DNA of 63,836 bases, counting the filler, from Kipferlia bialata (taxonomy: Eukaryota), in the NCBI GenBank assembly GCA_003568945.1. It is 6 parts of 6 records of this genome, joined end to end, with 100 filler letters (N's around TTAATTAATTAA, not from the genome) between each part and the next. Parts side by side here need not be neighbours in the genome. Positions count along the whole stretch, not along the records: positions 1 to 14,684 come from BDIP01000787.1; positions 14,785 to 22,003 come from BDIP01000788.1; positions 22,104 to 30,448 come from BDIP01000789.1; 3 more parts are not named here. One strand, given 5' to 3'. The position numbers and the translations under genes were made by a program. The notes below the pieces were generated by a model that saw nothing but the letters and a program-made list of their open reading frames with translations, did not search any database and was not told the DNA's origin. Positions 11,993-22,947 of the stretch are shown here, one piece after another. Each line of letters opens with the position of its first letter. Within the stretch, counting starts at the first letter, position 1.

Positions 11993-13801
11993 ATCCCAGG
12001 TTGCCCCCCAGGAGTGTGCGTGTACCAAGTGTGGGTTTGACTTGGCAAGTGAGGTAACAAATGCATGTGTAATGATATACATATATAGAAGGTATATATC
12101 TAGTGAGGCATGCGTCTGTGTACGGTCATTACGATTGGAAGGAGAGTGCTACCATCTCTACTTGTCTCTGATATATGTATATAGTTACCTCTGAAGTGTG
12201 GTTCCACCTCCCCTCACCCTATTATTCATATGTATATATATATATATGTATGTATGCATTTGCCTGACCTGTGAATGCTCTCCTACTAGTCGTACATACC
12301 TGTCTGGGCTGGTATCAACATACATATATATCTATTATGTATATATATATATATTTGCATGGCAATACAGTATTGCCGCAATACTGTGAATGCTTTAATA
12401 TTTATCATACCTGTATGGGCTGGTACCAACATACACCTGGCTCCGCACACTCCAGTTACTATCAATTCGTTACTATTAATAAGTTACTCTCACTTTCCGA
12501 TTTATATTTGTGTATATATTTGTTATCCACTACTACACTGTCAATGTTCACATATATACCAGACAGACATGTCTGGGCTGGTGTCAATACCCAACCTCCT
12601 GTCTTCTTATGGCTGCTACCCCCTATTAGAGGCCCCCTATGTATGAATATATGTATATATGTATCTGCATGGCGGTCCTGGGAATCCTTTCCTACTAACA
12701 TCACAGACGTGTCTGGGCTGGTGTCAGTACCCCACTGCCTGTCTGTTGGTAGCCAATGCAACATGTACATGCACTCAATGCGGGTGGGCATCCAAGGATA
12801 TGGTGGGTACTCTATAGGGAAAGCAGTATTGAGTTGGGAAAGTCTAGTATATATATATATTAGTGGGACTAATAGTCTTATATGTATATTTCCTGCAGGC
12901 AGTGGGAGTGGGCATCCATAGTTATGGTGGGTACTCCTCTTCTTCCTCCCTCTCTCACAATATATTCAAGCATTGTACATCCAGAAAAGATATGTGTTGA
13001 AGCATCAACTTGTCACGTTGATTCAACTTGAACTCAATGTATTGTTGCCGTGTAGTAAGTTGAGTAACATTAGGATCTATGCGCTGGCTTCTGTGGAAAG
13101 GGCTCTGGGTCTGTCTGCATGCAGCCGGATAGGGACTCTGGATGCACATGTACAGACTATAATCAGGCCAGTACACTATTATATGTGTAAACTTAGATAT
13201 GTATTGTCTATGCAGCAGGATAGGGACTCTGGGTGCACATGTACAGACTACAACCAGGTTTGTATATACATACTCTATATATATATTAGAGTATGCATAG
13301 ATATGTATATCCTATGATGCAGCCGGATAGGGACTCTGGGTGCACGTGCACTGGTTACAACCAGGAATGTATATTGTATAAATATGTATATATATATATA
13401 TATATGTAGAAATAGTTATGTATCCTATGATGCAGCAGGATAGGGACTCTGGGTGCACATGTACAGACTATAATGAGGTATATACATATATATATATATA
13501 TATATACATTTGAGTATACATAGTTATGTATCCTATGATGCAGCAGGATGTATATACATTACATATGATATTGTATGAAGCATGTATTAATAATTAGTTA
13601 TATCTCTGTCTCTCTCGCTTTCCCATATATCATTCTCCACCCTTCTCCCACCTGTTCTATTCTTCTCACACTCTTGCGTATATGACATAGACGGAGGTCT
13701 CTGTTTCTTCATCTGCTCCAATGTATTCCACCCCCATCTTACCTTTCCTTCTGAATCAGAAGGCTTCTGAATCAGAAGTTCTGATACCAGTGCATATATG
13801 A
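11464..13801 (+). CDS. Cysteine-rich repeat protein, multi-exon; start and end uncertain
   Basis: Exons with canonical sites encode TYDMCLGTCPTGPGYCIE | VAPQECACTKCGFDLASE | TCLGWCQYPLPVC | DLCAGFCGKGSGSVCMQPDRDSGCTCTDYNQ, a repeated CxGxC...C...CxC module. Confidence 0.55.
13119..13549. repeat. Five diverged tandem copies (~105-bp period) of an exon 3' end
   Basis: atgcagc[c/a]ggatagggactctgg[a/g]tgcac... at 13119, 13210, 13317, 13430 and a partial copy at 13538. Confidence 0.9.
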
Positions 13802-14122
13802 CTATGCTACAGAGTCTTGTCTCGGACTATGTGGCGATGGATTTGACTGCATTGAGAGTCAGGTACTGTACTAAATTGTTATTATACTATTACCATTATT
13901 ATTGCATCAATATCCAGCTCTACCCATTCAGATATGTGAATAATTCTCTTGTGTCATAAGTATTTTACGCAGTGTTCTATTTCGCTCTGGCTGGTATACT
14001 GTTGCGCTATTAGCTACTGAGAGAGGTGTGAGACTCCACTATACTATTTCACCCACTCTAGCCCACTGTGTGCACCTGTGCCGAGTCACCTGACTCATAC
14101 TGACCTGGAAGTCTGCGTGACA

Positions 14123-14157
14123 TAACGTTTAAACGTTACTAACGTTTAAAACGTTAG
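14123..14157. repeat. Two adjacent palindromes containing four AACGTT boxes
   Basis: TAACGTTTAAACGTTA (14123-14138, perfect) followed by CTAACGTTT-A-AAACGTTAG (14139-14157). Confidence 0.85.
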
Positions 14158-14588
14158 GATCCCCTCACAGTGATCCAGGGGGAGGCGGCAAGGGACAGAC
14201 ACATTGATACGCCATTATTCATATATAACACATAGGCGGCCAAAAACATAGATTCTCTCTAGGGGACAGTGCACTGGACAAGGATAGACCTGACTGATCT
14301 AGTAGTCATAAGAGTGAGCTGCACTTCACCGACGTGTTCGGGAAGCTGGTGGCGACATTATACTGGGTCAGTGGGAAGTAATCAAATGTTTTTGGCTGGG
14401 TCAGGCTACCCAGCTAGACTCTACACCAAAAACGTGGAAAAAGGGTGTGGCGTGGCTGCCAAAAATAGAGTTTTGACTATTTTGAGAATGTTGTCAGTTT
14501 GTGACCAGGTCTCTCTCTCCACTGCGAGTGGGCCACCTATAACAGTGTATCAGTATCTACTGTACTGATACTGATACTGATAACACCC

Positions 14589-14637
14589 ATGAGTGACAGT
14601 GAGGAGGAGTGGGTGCGTGTGGTGTCGCTCCTTCCAG
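14589..14637 (+). CDS. Putative first exon (MSDSEEEWVRVVSLLP) of a gene truncated by the spacer
   Basis: ATG at 14589, CAG|GTAG donor, then poly-G and an artificial spacer. Confidence 0.35.
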
Positions 14638-14684
14638 GTAGTAGGAGGGGGGGGGGGGGGTTGTCAGACTCACTGTATTGGGTA

Positions 14685-14784
14685 NNNNNNNNNNNNNNNN
14701 NNNNNNNNNNNNNNNNNNNNNNNNNNNNTTAATTAATTAANNNNNNNNNNNNNNNNNNNNNNNNNNNNNNNNNNNNNNNNNNNN
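14685..14784. other. Artificial contig spacer N44-TTAATTAATTAA-N44 (also at 22004-22103, 30449-30548, 45229-45328, 60003-60102)
   Basis: Identical 100-nt structure five times with stops in all six frames; genes are truncated at these points; most flanks are at or near poly-G/C runs. Confidence 0.95.
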
Positions 14785-14885
14785 TGGTATGCCTCTACAT
14801 ACCCCCCCATTGGCTGTATACCCACCCCTATCCCCCCCCCCCCCCCCGCCCGCCCGCCCCAACCGTCTACCTATCCTTACACCAG

Positions 14886-17800
14886 GGACCTTGGCTCTAG
14901 GAACGGCACCTTCTGTAACGATGTCAGACTGCACGACTGTGACACTAGGTGGGGCCATTAGGCATATCTCGCATACATTGTAGCTTCTACTACACTAACT
15001 GGGTCCACTCTCCCTTACCCTTAAGACTGTCAGACGGTGATCTCCTCAAGTTTGGCTATGACACTGCCACATACAGACTAGAGATACAGAAGGGGTCAGT
15101 GGTGCAGAGGAGAGAGGGAAGGGAGGGGGAGGGGAGGCAGCTGGACCCAAGCGTGTCACCCCCTAGACCGCCAAAGGTATATACATAGTTGAAGGGTTAC
15201 TATATCATGTACACAAAGGGATTAGATCTGTTGATAATTGGTATGATTTGGCCCATTACGCTCTGTCTCCTACCCCAGCCGTGGCACAAGAAGAGGCAAC
15301 CTGCAGACAGGGCACTGGGTGGGTCGGGGGTGCAGATATACGCACCCACTGCACAGGGGAACAGGTGGGTAGACATGTGTGTGACCTCTTCCTCACCACC
15401 CTCCTCCTTATACCTCTCTCCCACCCCTCTCACCCCCCAGGCAGATCCAGACCCATGGGGAGGCCATGCAGCACACCCAGCCCAGAGACCAGATGGAGAT
15501 GCCCTCTGCCAGGGGTGGTAGGGAGGGTGTACCAGACGCCTCTCCCCTGGGTGCATGGGAGGAGAGAGAGAGAGAGGAGGACAGGCGCAGTGCGTGGGAT
15601 GATGAGAGTGTGGATGAGGCAAGGGAGGGGGGGAGGGATGGAGAGGTCATTGAGATTGCAGTCTCAGGGCTGTTGCCTAGGGGACAGTTCAGTGAGCCAG
15701 AACCAGCAGATAGAGATGAGGGAGAGGATGAGGGAGAGAGCGTGCGGGAACCCCCATCACTGAAACCACAGCTCTCAGCTTACAAATCCCCCCCACCCCT
15801 CGTCACGATGGATTCCTCATTCAGAGCAGCTGTTAACGCACCGTCATTTACCAAGGTGAGACCAAAGGACTCTGTGCAACACTACCATTGAGTGGAGTAT
15901 ATCCAATGAATCTTGTATAATATCGTGTGTATTCGTGATAATAGTTACCCCAGACCATGGACATTGGGTGCCAGACCACCCCCAACCTCCTTGTCACCGC
16001 CAACCCCACTGTGACTAGTTGGATCAGGGACCTCGAGGCTCTTCACAAGGTGTGTTGCCATGACACATAGGCCAATGTCCTCTCTCCCCATACCCCTCTA
16101 CACCCTTATTGCAGGCTGTGCAGGGCCAGGGCATCAAGGTCGACAGAGCAGGTACTGGTTAAACTACTCTCTCTCTCTCTCTCTTAGTCTAGACCCTCAT
16201 TGTAGGATGTGAGTTGGGCAGGGTTGCTCGGCAACTGGTCTCTCAGAGTGACACAGGCAGAGACGACAAGATAGGTAGAGTCTGCTTTACATATAGACTC
16301 CATATATATATAATAGACGTTGCCTCTACCCCTCCCTTCTGACCCCAGGCATGAGACCTAGTGTCAGTGTGATAGGGGCTCCGACGGACAGGGAGATCCA
16401 GGTGAGGATGGGTATTTACTACATCTTCTCGTCTTCCCTATTCCCCTTTCCCCACTTACATCCCAGCCCGTCCCCCCTGTGTCGGAGGGTGATATACTGT
16501 CTGGGTTCAGTGGGTCTGAGCTGACAGCACAGTCCAGGGAGAAGTACATATCGGCAGTGATCGCTAGGTATAGCTGGTGAATGGCTCCAACACACGACAG
16601 TATCACATCAATTCTGGTGTTATGTCCTATTCCTCGAGTAATGAGTATGACTACATATTGTATCCTCACCTTAGGGTGCAGCGTGAGGTGGAGGGTGTGA
16701 CACGGAGGACAGAGGCTCTGGAGCCAGCAGTGAGGGAGGTATGGCTGTATGGCCCTGTGTATGTGTCGGGTTCTGCCGCATGAGCATTTCACCCCTCCCA
16801 CTCCCAGGTCATCTCTGGGTGCAATAGGAGAACAGACGCTGACTACAAGAGGTATGAGAGTGTCAGTGGATATATACGTGTGTGTCTATATACAATCATA
16901 CCTACACTCTAACTCCCAGGATCAGGCAGGCCCTGGCTGATAAGAGGGTCAACATCCTGGACCACCTGGATGTCAGGGCGGACTCAGATGCCAGACAGGC
17001 GATGACTAGGTGCGGGGAGTGGTGTGTATGAGTATACATATACCCGTAGCTGGCCAGAGGGAATCTCTCGTCCTATACGAACGTGTTTACTATTCATGAC
17101 TCTTCTGTCTGACCCAGGCGTGTGATTGAGTCTGAGGAACTGGTGTCTCTGATGAGTGGCAACATGCCGGGGGTCAAGGTGGGAGACAGAATGATGCATA
17201 GTCTTGCTCATCCTTTGTGTATTCACGGATTACTACTCCCACATCATGTATTGACATTCACCCTTAGGTCATCATCGACGACTCGTCTCTCAACAGGGGA
17301 GTCACTGAGGGTGATCACTCTGAGGCTTCCTCCCTCAATGGTGTGGTCATAGGCCCCCAGACCCTTAGACAGTTAGTGGGAGAGGTGGCCACTCTCAGAC
17401 AGAGAAATGCAGAGCTCACTAGGTGGGTATGGTGTGGTGTCGAAGAAGTGGGTACAGTTGGGTCACGTTCTAGTTGACTGTCATATACCTATACATATAC
17501 TCTCTCACCCCAGCCTTGTCCAGAACCAGTCTGTGTCCAGAGCATCTACTGCCTCAGGTGTGTCAGATACATGTATAGACCCCACTATGGAGTGTTGCTG
17601 ATTCTCTATGTACAACACATTATCTGACTGATAGGTCCCACTGCCCCCCATGGCAAGGAAGACGTGGCTGTAGGCACACTCTTCAAGGTACCAGGGATCC
17701 TCGTATCCTCTCAGCAGAGTTCTTACACTGTGTTGTGCGTACATACCCATATCCTGATATAATCAAGTCTCACCCTCCAGGCCCTGAAGACCCTCGAGAA

Positions 17801-19305
17801 GGAGTTTGTCACAATGATAGGTAAGTGTATTGATCACATCAATATTATGTATCAGATTGCATTGTCGTTGTGCCCTATTGTTCATACCGAACCAACATGC
17901 ACACTACCACTCTCCTATTCTCTGCCCTACCTTACCCCCAGGCACCGATGAGGCCAAGACCCAGCAGAGTGGGGTGGGACTACCCCTGTCTGACAGAGAG
18001 AGGCAGAACGTGGCACCGGTGCTGGCAGCTAGGTATGTTCATTCCCCCCCTAGATACGACTTGTTATGTAGACAGTGCTGAACCCCAGGCTAACCTCCCT
18101 TGAGATTGACTGTGCTGCCTACAGAGACGCCCTGGTGTCAGCACTGGCAGAGATCAACAGGTGGGGGTTTCAATTCTGATACCTTTTTTTTCTCTCTCTC
18201 TCTCTCTTCCTCCCCCCCCCCTCTTACCCAGGCTCCGGTCCACTGTGACTGACCAGCAGGACCAGGTGGCACATAGCCATAGCCAGCTCATGGCGGCACA
18301 CGGTGGGTGTATGACTCTGTCTATGCATTGCATAGCCTTGATGTATATCACGGTACCCATACTTACACTCACCCTCCAGAGCCAGCTCATGGCGGCACAC
18401 GGTGGGTGCAGCACTCTACATATGGTATATGCACTTGATTTGTTCACCTTGACTTACACTCCAGAGGCCTACTCCTCAGAGATATCAAGGGTCAGAGACT
18501 TCCAGAGGACAGGGGGGCAGGGGCAGACACAGGTGAGGCCATATACATCCAGTGTATACTAACTGATACAAGTCTATGCTACTGCCCCCCCCCCCCTTCC
18601 CCTGACTCAGTACATGTCCCAGGGCCCCTCTGCGCTAGACCCCTATGCAGACCCTAGACAGTCCATGGCTCTGTCTCAGATGGGCCAGGGGAGGCACAGG
18701 GAGAGAGAGGTGGTGGACGCCCCCCAGGCTGTGCCCTACATTGGTGACATAGTGAGAGAGCTGTGCTCTGCGGTGGAGATGGTCCAGAGTCTACAGGAGG
18801 TACTCCCTATACTCCATATCACACATTATGTCATGTATCCATGTTTGTGCCAACTGACTCTCAATGTCTGTAACCCCAGCGTGCCACCATAGCCGAGGAG
18901 GCGGCAGTCAAGGCCAGGCAGGAGGTCGGATGGATAAACGGAAGCACTGAAGGTAGTGTTCATGTATGCATGATACAATACAACTGTGCAATCACATGTC
19001 TCACACCAGCTGTCCAGATTCTTAGCTCTCTCCTTGAGCTGACTGAGGCCGAGAGAGACAGGGCTGTCATACAGGTGGTGCTGGCCAAGAGAGAGAGAGA
19101 GAGGGAGGAGGCAGAGAGGTCCCAGGAGTTTGGTAGTCTGCACACCCTGGGCCAGCAGGACATGGAGAGTGATGCCCCACCCTCTGCGTCTGTATCTACC
19201 AGAATACGTACATCCCCTGTAGAGGATGTGGATAGAGGTAGGGGTGAGGGGGAGTCAGAGCCTGTGCTTCGATATGACTGGCTGTCCCAGGGCAGGCGGA
19301 GATAG
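14886..19305 (+). CDS. FHA domain plus low-complexity/coiled-coil protein, 5'-partial, many exons
   Basis: First exons give DLGSRNGTFCNDVRL...LRLSDGDLLKFGYDTATYRLE (C-terminal half of an FHA domain); later exons are heptad-rich (LRSTVTDQQDQVAHS, LLELTEAERDRAVIQVVLAKRERERE); stop TAG at 19303-19305. Confidence 0.75.
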
Positions 19306-19449
19306 ATATCTGCCGTGTAGTATAGTACAGTATGGGTGTTCTCAGTTGTCTATTGAGTATGTCTCTGAACCCGGTATGGGAGGGATATACATTACACGTA
19401 GAAATAGGACATAGATAGCCATAGTGGCACTGTAACTCGACAGGTGGTA

Positions 19450-21938
19450 TTACCACCACCTCTTAGCTAGCCTCTCCAGTATGTCCCCAGCTGTGGCTAA
19501 GGGTACCACCATGGGGTCACACCCCAGACACTGCAGAGAGGAGCAGGGTCTCTGGCGCCTCTTGTAGCTGGGGGTTAGAGGCCATTCCCAATAGGTCATG
19601 AATACACATATTCGTGATATGTAAATACCTCTTGCTATGCTTCTTCGGCCCCTGGGGCAGAACAGCTGCCATCGGCCCCTCCCACCTGTCACTCCTGGTG
19701 GGCAGTACACGACAGTCCTTGGGAAGGCCGCCCCCTAGAAGATGAGAATGGTGAAGGAAATGTGAGTGGGTAGAGAGTGCCACCTGCCACACGTACCATA
19801 CATGTATCTGAACTCGTCTGATACCGTGTCATACACGACAAAGGGGCCAACGATAGTCTCCATGTCTGTAGGGTGAGACGCATAAGCATGTTAGTATATA
19901 ATATAGTTGTGTCCAACCCAAATGTGAGCATTTCGTTACCTGGAGGACTCTCCTCCCGCTGAAGACTCAGATCATTGATATACGAGTCCTCTGGTGAAAT
20001 GGTGGGGAACACTAGAGCCCGCCCTGACACAATGCTTGACATGACCTCCCACGTAGATTGGCGCCAGTTACGGTCACACACGACGTGGCCGTTGTAAGGA
20101 AACAACATAGACCCCATAACCTGCCAATGAGAAGGGTATCAACATTGTGAACGCCTTCTAACTATCTCAGTTCTTACCCTGTCAGGACACACTTTGTACC
20201 CCTTCTTCGTCCAGCCGTCTCTGACAGTGTATGCCCACACATGGTTCACGCATATAGCGTACAGCGTGTCCCCGATCACTCCTGTAACGAAGTCCTCGTA
20301 CTCACTAGGCCCTCGTGACCCGTAATTACCCGGTATCTCCCTCAATACCCACGCGTCAGTCTCTGGGTCATACCTGGCCTTTAGAGAACCAAACGCCTGG
20401 CTGCATTGTTGACACACTAGATATAGAAGACACTCTCTCAGACCAAAAGACTCTCCATCTGAGGACTATATCAATCAATACGAAAGTCAAGAGCTCTCAG
20501 TCGTCGACAGTAGACAAATGAACACACTACAGCACCTGGAGTCCATCTTCTCATTGAGGAGTATCAGCTGTCCATCCATCACTGCAGACATGCCGTGTCG
20601 GAGATTGAAGCTGTGAGTCGCCAAATACTTCCTGAGATGAGAATACAAGAGTGTTAAACCCATGATGCGGCTTCAGACGCGATATATATGAAATTATGTA
20701 TATATATCCATTCCTATATATATGCGTACACTCATGTCATATATTTCGCTTTGAACCACTTAAACCCACATTTGCGAGAATTCCATCTCTGACCAATCAG
20801 TTGGCACATCCGTCTTGCACTCAAGGTCCAGGGTATCTAGGGACAGGGCAAACCTGAGGAGTGAGAACACATCAATGAATGGTGAATGTGACTGTAACAT
20901 ACACTAATCACATTTTTGCAATGCAATCGCAGCCACGCATCCCGCAACCTAACATCATTGTATGATTGAGGCAAAACAAAGTCTACTCATCCACTATGAA
21001 ACAGTAGGTGTCTAACTTGAGACTTACATTCTGTGTGCGACATCGTAGATGTTAGCCGGATCGGTGCCAATACCCAGAGTGATGTAGGCAATACCACCTA
21101 TCACGCCGAGGAATCTTGAAGTGAGAGGACTACCCATATAATCTCGGCAATAGAGAATAAGACGATAACATCCTCTCTATATGTTTGTATCATGGAGGGT
21201 TCACTTACTTCCCATAGTGGTGGTTCTCTGGGAATGTGACTCTCTCGCTGATCTCAACGACAGTACCGTCAGAGGCTGAGTGGCTGTGTAAGTCATATTA
21301 GTATACATATTCACTCATACTTCACATGCATCATGATCCATTGTGGACAGATGCTTGACACACCATCCCACCCACTAGACTGTTAAGTGTAAACATGCAC
21401 CATATACACCATGTACCTGACCACGGCTAGAGACAAGGGCAGGGTCTCCAAGGTGGCACCCTTGGGGTAGAAGACCCAGAGGGTGTCGCATGGACTCAAA
21501 GAGGCCACTGGCTTGCCCCTCAGCAGCCCTGGTGGTAGGGTATCAGAATGAGAAGACATAGAAGATGTATAGGGTATATAAGCTAATATATATAGTGAGA
21601 GTGAGGCATCAGTAGCACTCAAGGGATGAACAGCCCAACCAACCTGCATGCTTGACTGATACCTCCGTCGAGGAGACTGGCACTTTGAGGAGAGATAGGG
21701 CGCACTCCGGGGCATGCGAATGGCATATACGTTTGGAGCCGCCCCTCTGCTCCTGGGAGTTAGATACACAGGGTATAATCATGCATAATCATCAGTGATG
21801 GGACCATTGACATATATACACATACCTTCTTAAACGAGAGGAGCTTGTAAGTGGGGTCCTTGTTATCGTTTGCGAGCGGCTTCCCCTTGTCTGAGTACAC
21901 CTTGCACTGCCCACAGGATGCACAGGATATGGTGCAGT
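19450..21938 (-). CDS. Kelch-like beta-propeller protein, 5'-partial, multi-exon
   Basis: Spliced exons contain kelch-like segments: FLGVIGGIAYIT...MFALSLDTLD; SAVMDGQLILL...RYDPETDAW; TGVIGDTLYAICVNHVWAYTVRDGW; FVVYDTVSDEF. Confidence 0.55.
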
Positions 21939-22115
21939 CTGAGGGTAGGGGGAGTATGGGCATGGGGGGGGGGGGGGGGGGGGGACCCACACGGGGGAAA
22001 ACGNNNNNNNNNNNNNNNNNNNNNNNNNNNNNNNNNNNNNNNNNNNNTTAATTAATTAANNNNNNNNNNNNNNNNNNNNNNNNNNNNNNNNNNNNNNNNN
22101 NNNTTTTTTTTCCCG

Positions 22116-22149
<34 letters not shown>

Positions 22150-22177
22150 TATCCCCCTCTCTCTCCCTCTCACCCAG

Positions 22178-22733
22178 GGCAGTGGGTATCTCTTTGGGGC
22201 TCTGGCCACCAAGAAGTTCCTGCTCCTCAACAACATGCAGGTACATTGATGGCCCATATGTCTATACACACCTATCCATGCATCCCTCACCCCAGACTGT
22301 GGTGAGGGCCCACCAGGTTGCCATGGGTGGGCATCAGTGGCACTTCGAGGGACGGCTGGTGACTGTGTTCAGCGCCCCCAACTACTGCTACCAGCAGAGG
22401 AACAAGGGGTCAGTGATGCACATCAGACAGGGCCGCCCCCCCTCCATGACCACCTACACTGCTGTGCCGGACCAGGACAGGGTGATGCCCCCTGCTGGGT
22501 GGGACTGCCAATATGGATACGCCTCAATGACCATGGGGGAGGTGAGCTGTGTCAAACCCACCACCCTACTCAAGACAAACACTCCCGAGTTCTCATCCTC
22601 CACATCCGTCGTTGCCCCAGCACCAGCTGCAGTCTCAACACCCCCCTCACCCTCCCCTACCCCCACCCCTTCTGAGGCACAGGGGGGCACAGGTGAGGTT
22701 GGTGTGGTAGGTGAGGGTGCTTCCCAGAAGTAG
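22178..22733 (+). CDS. PPP-family Ser/Thr protein phosphatase (PP2A/PP4-like), 3' part only
   Basis: Exon 22178-22240 GSGYLFGALATKKFLLLNNMQ and exon 22296-22733 TVVRAHQVAMGGHQWHFEGRLVTVFSAPNYCY; hallmark RAHQ and SAPNY motifs. Confidence 0.9.
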
Positions 22734-22947
22734 AGGGCAGTAAGTGGTGACTCAACACTCGGGAAATGAAGATTAATAGATATTCGTATGCATGTCCACA
22801 TCTCTCACATCGTATTCAACGATTTAGTACAGTATCGTTCCACAACTCCTAAATATTATAGTACATTCATACACTTGGCCTTAGGACTAGGGGCCGCCAT
22901 CATATTGACTGAGTGTGCAACCCCTACCCCCCCTCTCTCTCTCTGCC

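Noticed and set aside
13119..13549. Repeat-spacer pattern resembling a CRISPR array
   Set aside because: Repeats are diverged exon copies, spacers are related (TA)-rich sequence, the context is eukaryotic, and there are no cas genes.
14729..14740. TTAATTAATTAA palindrome recurring five times
   Set aside because: Always centred in exactly 44+44 Ns; an artificial six-frame-stop linker, not a biological motif. Gene neighbourhoods across it cannot be interpreted.
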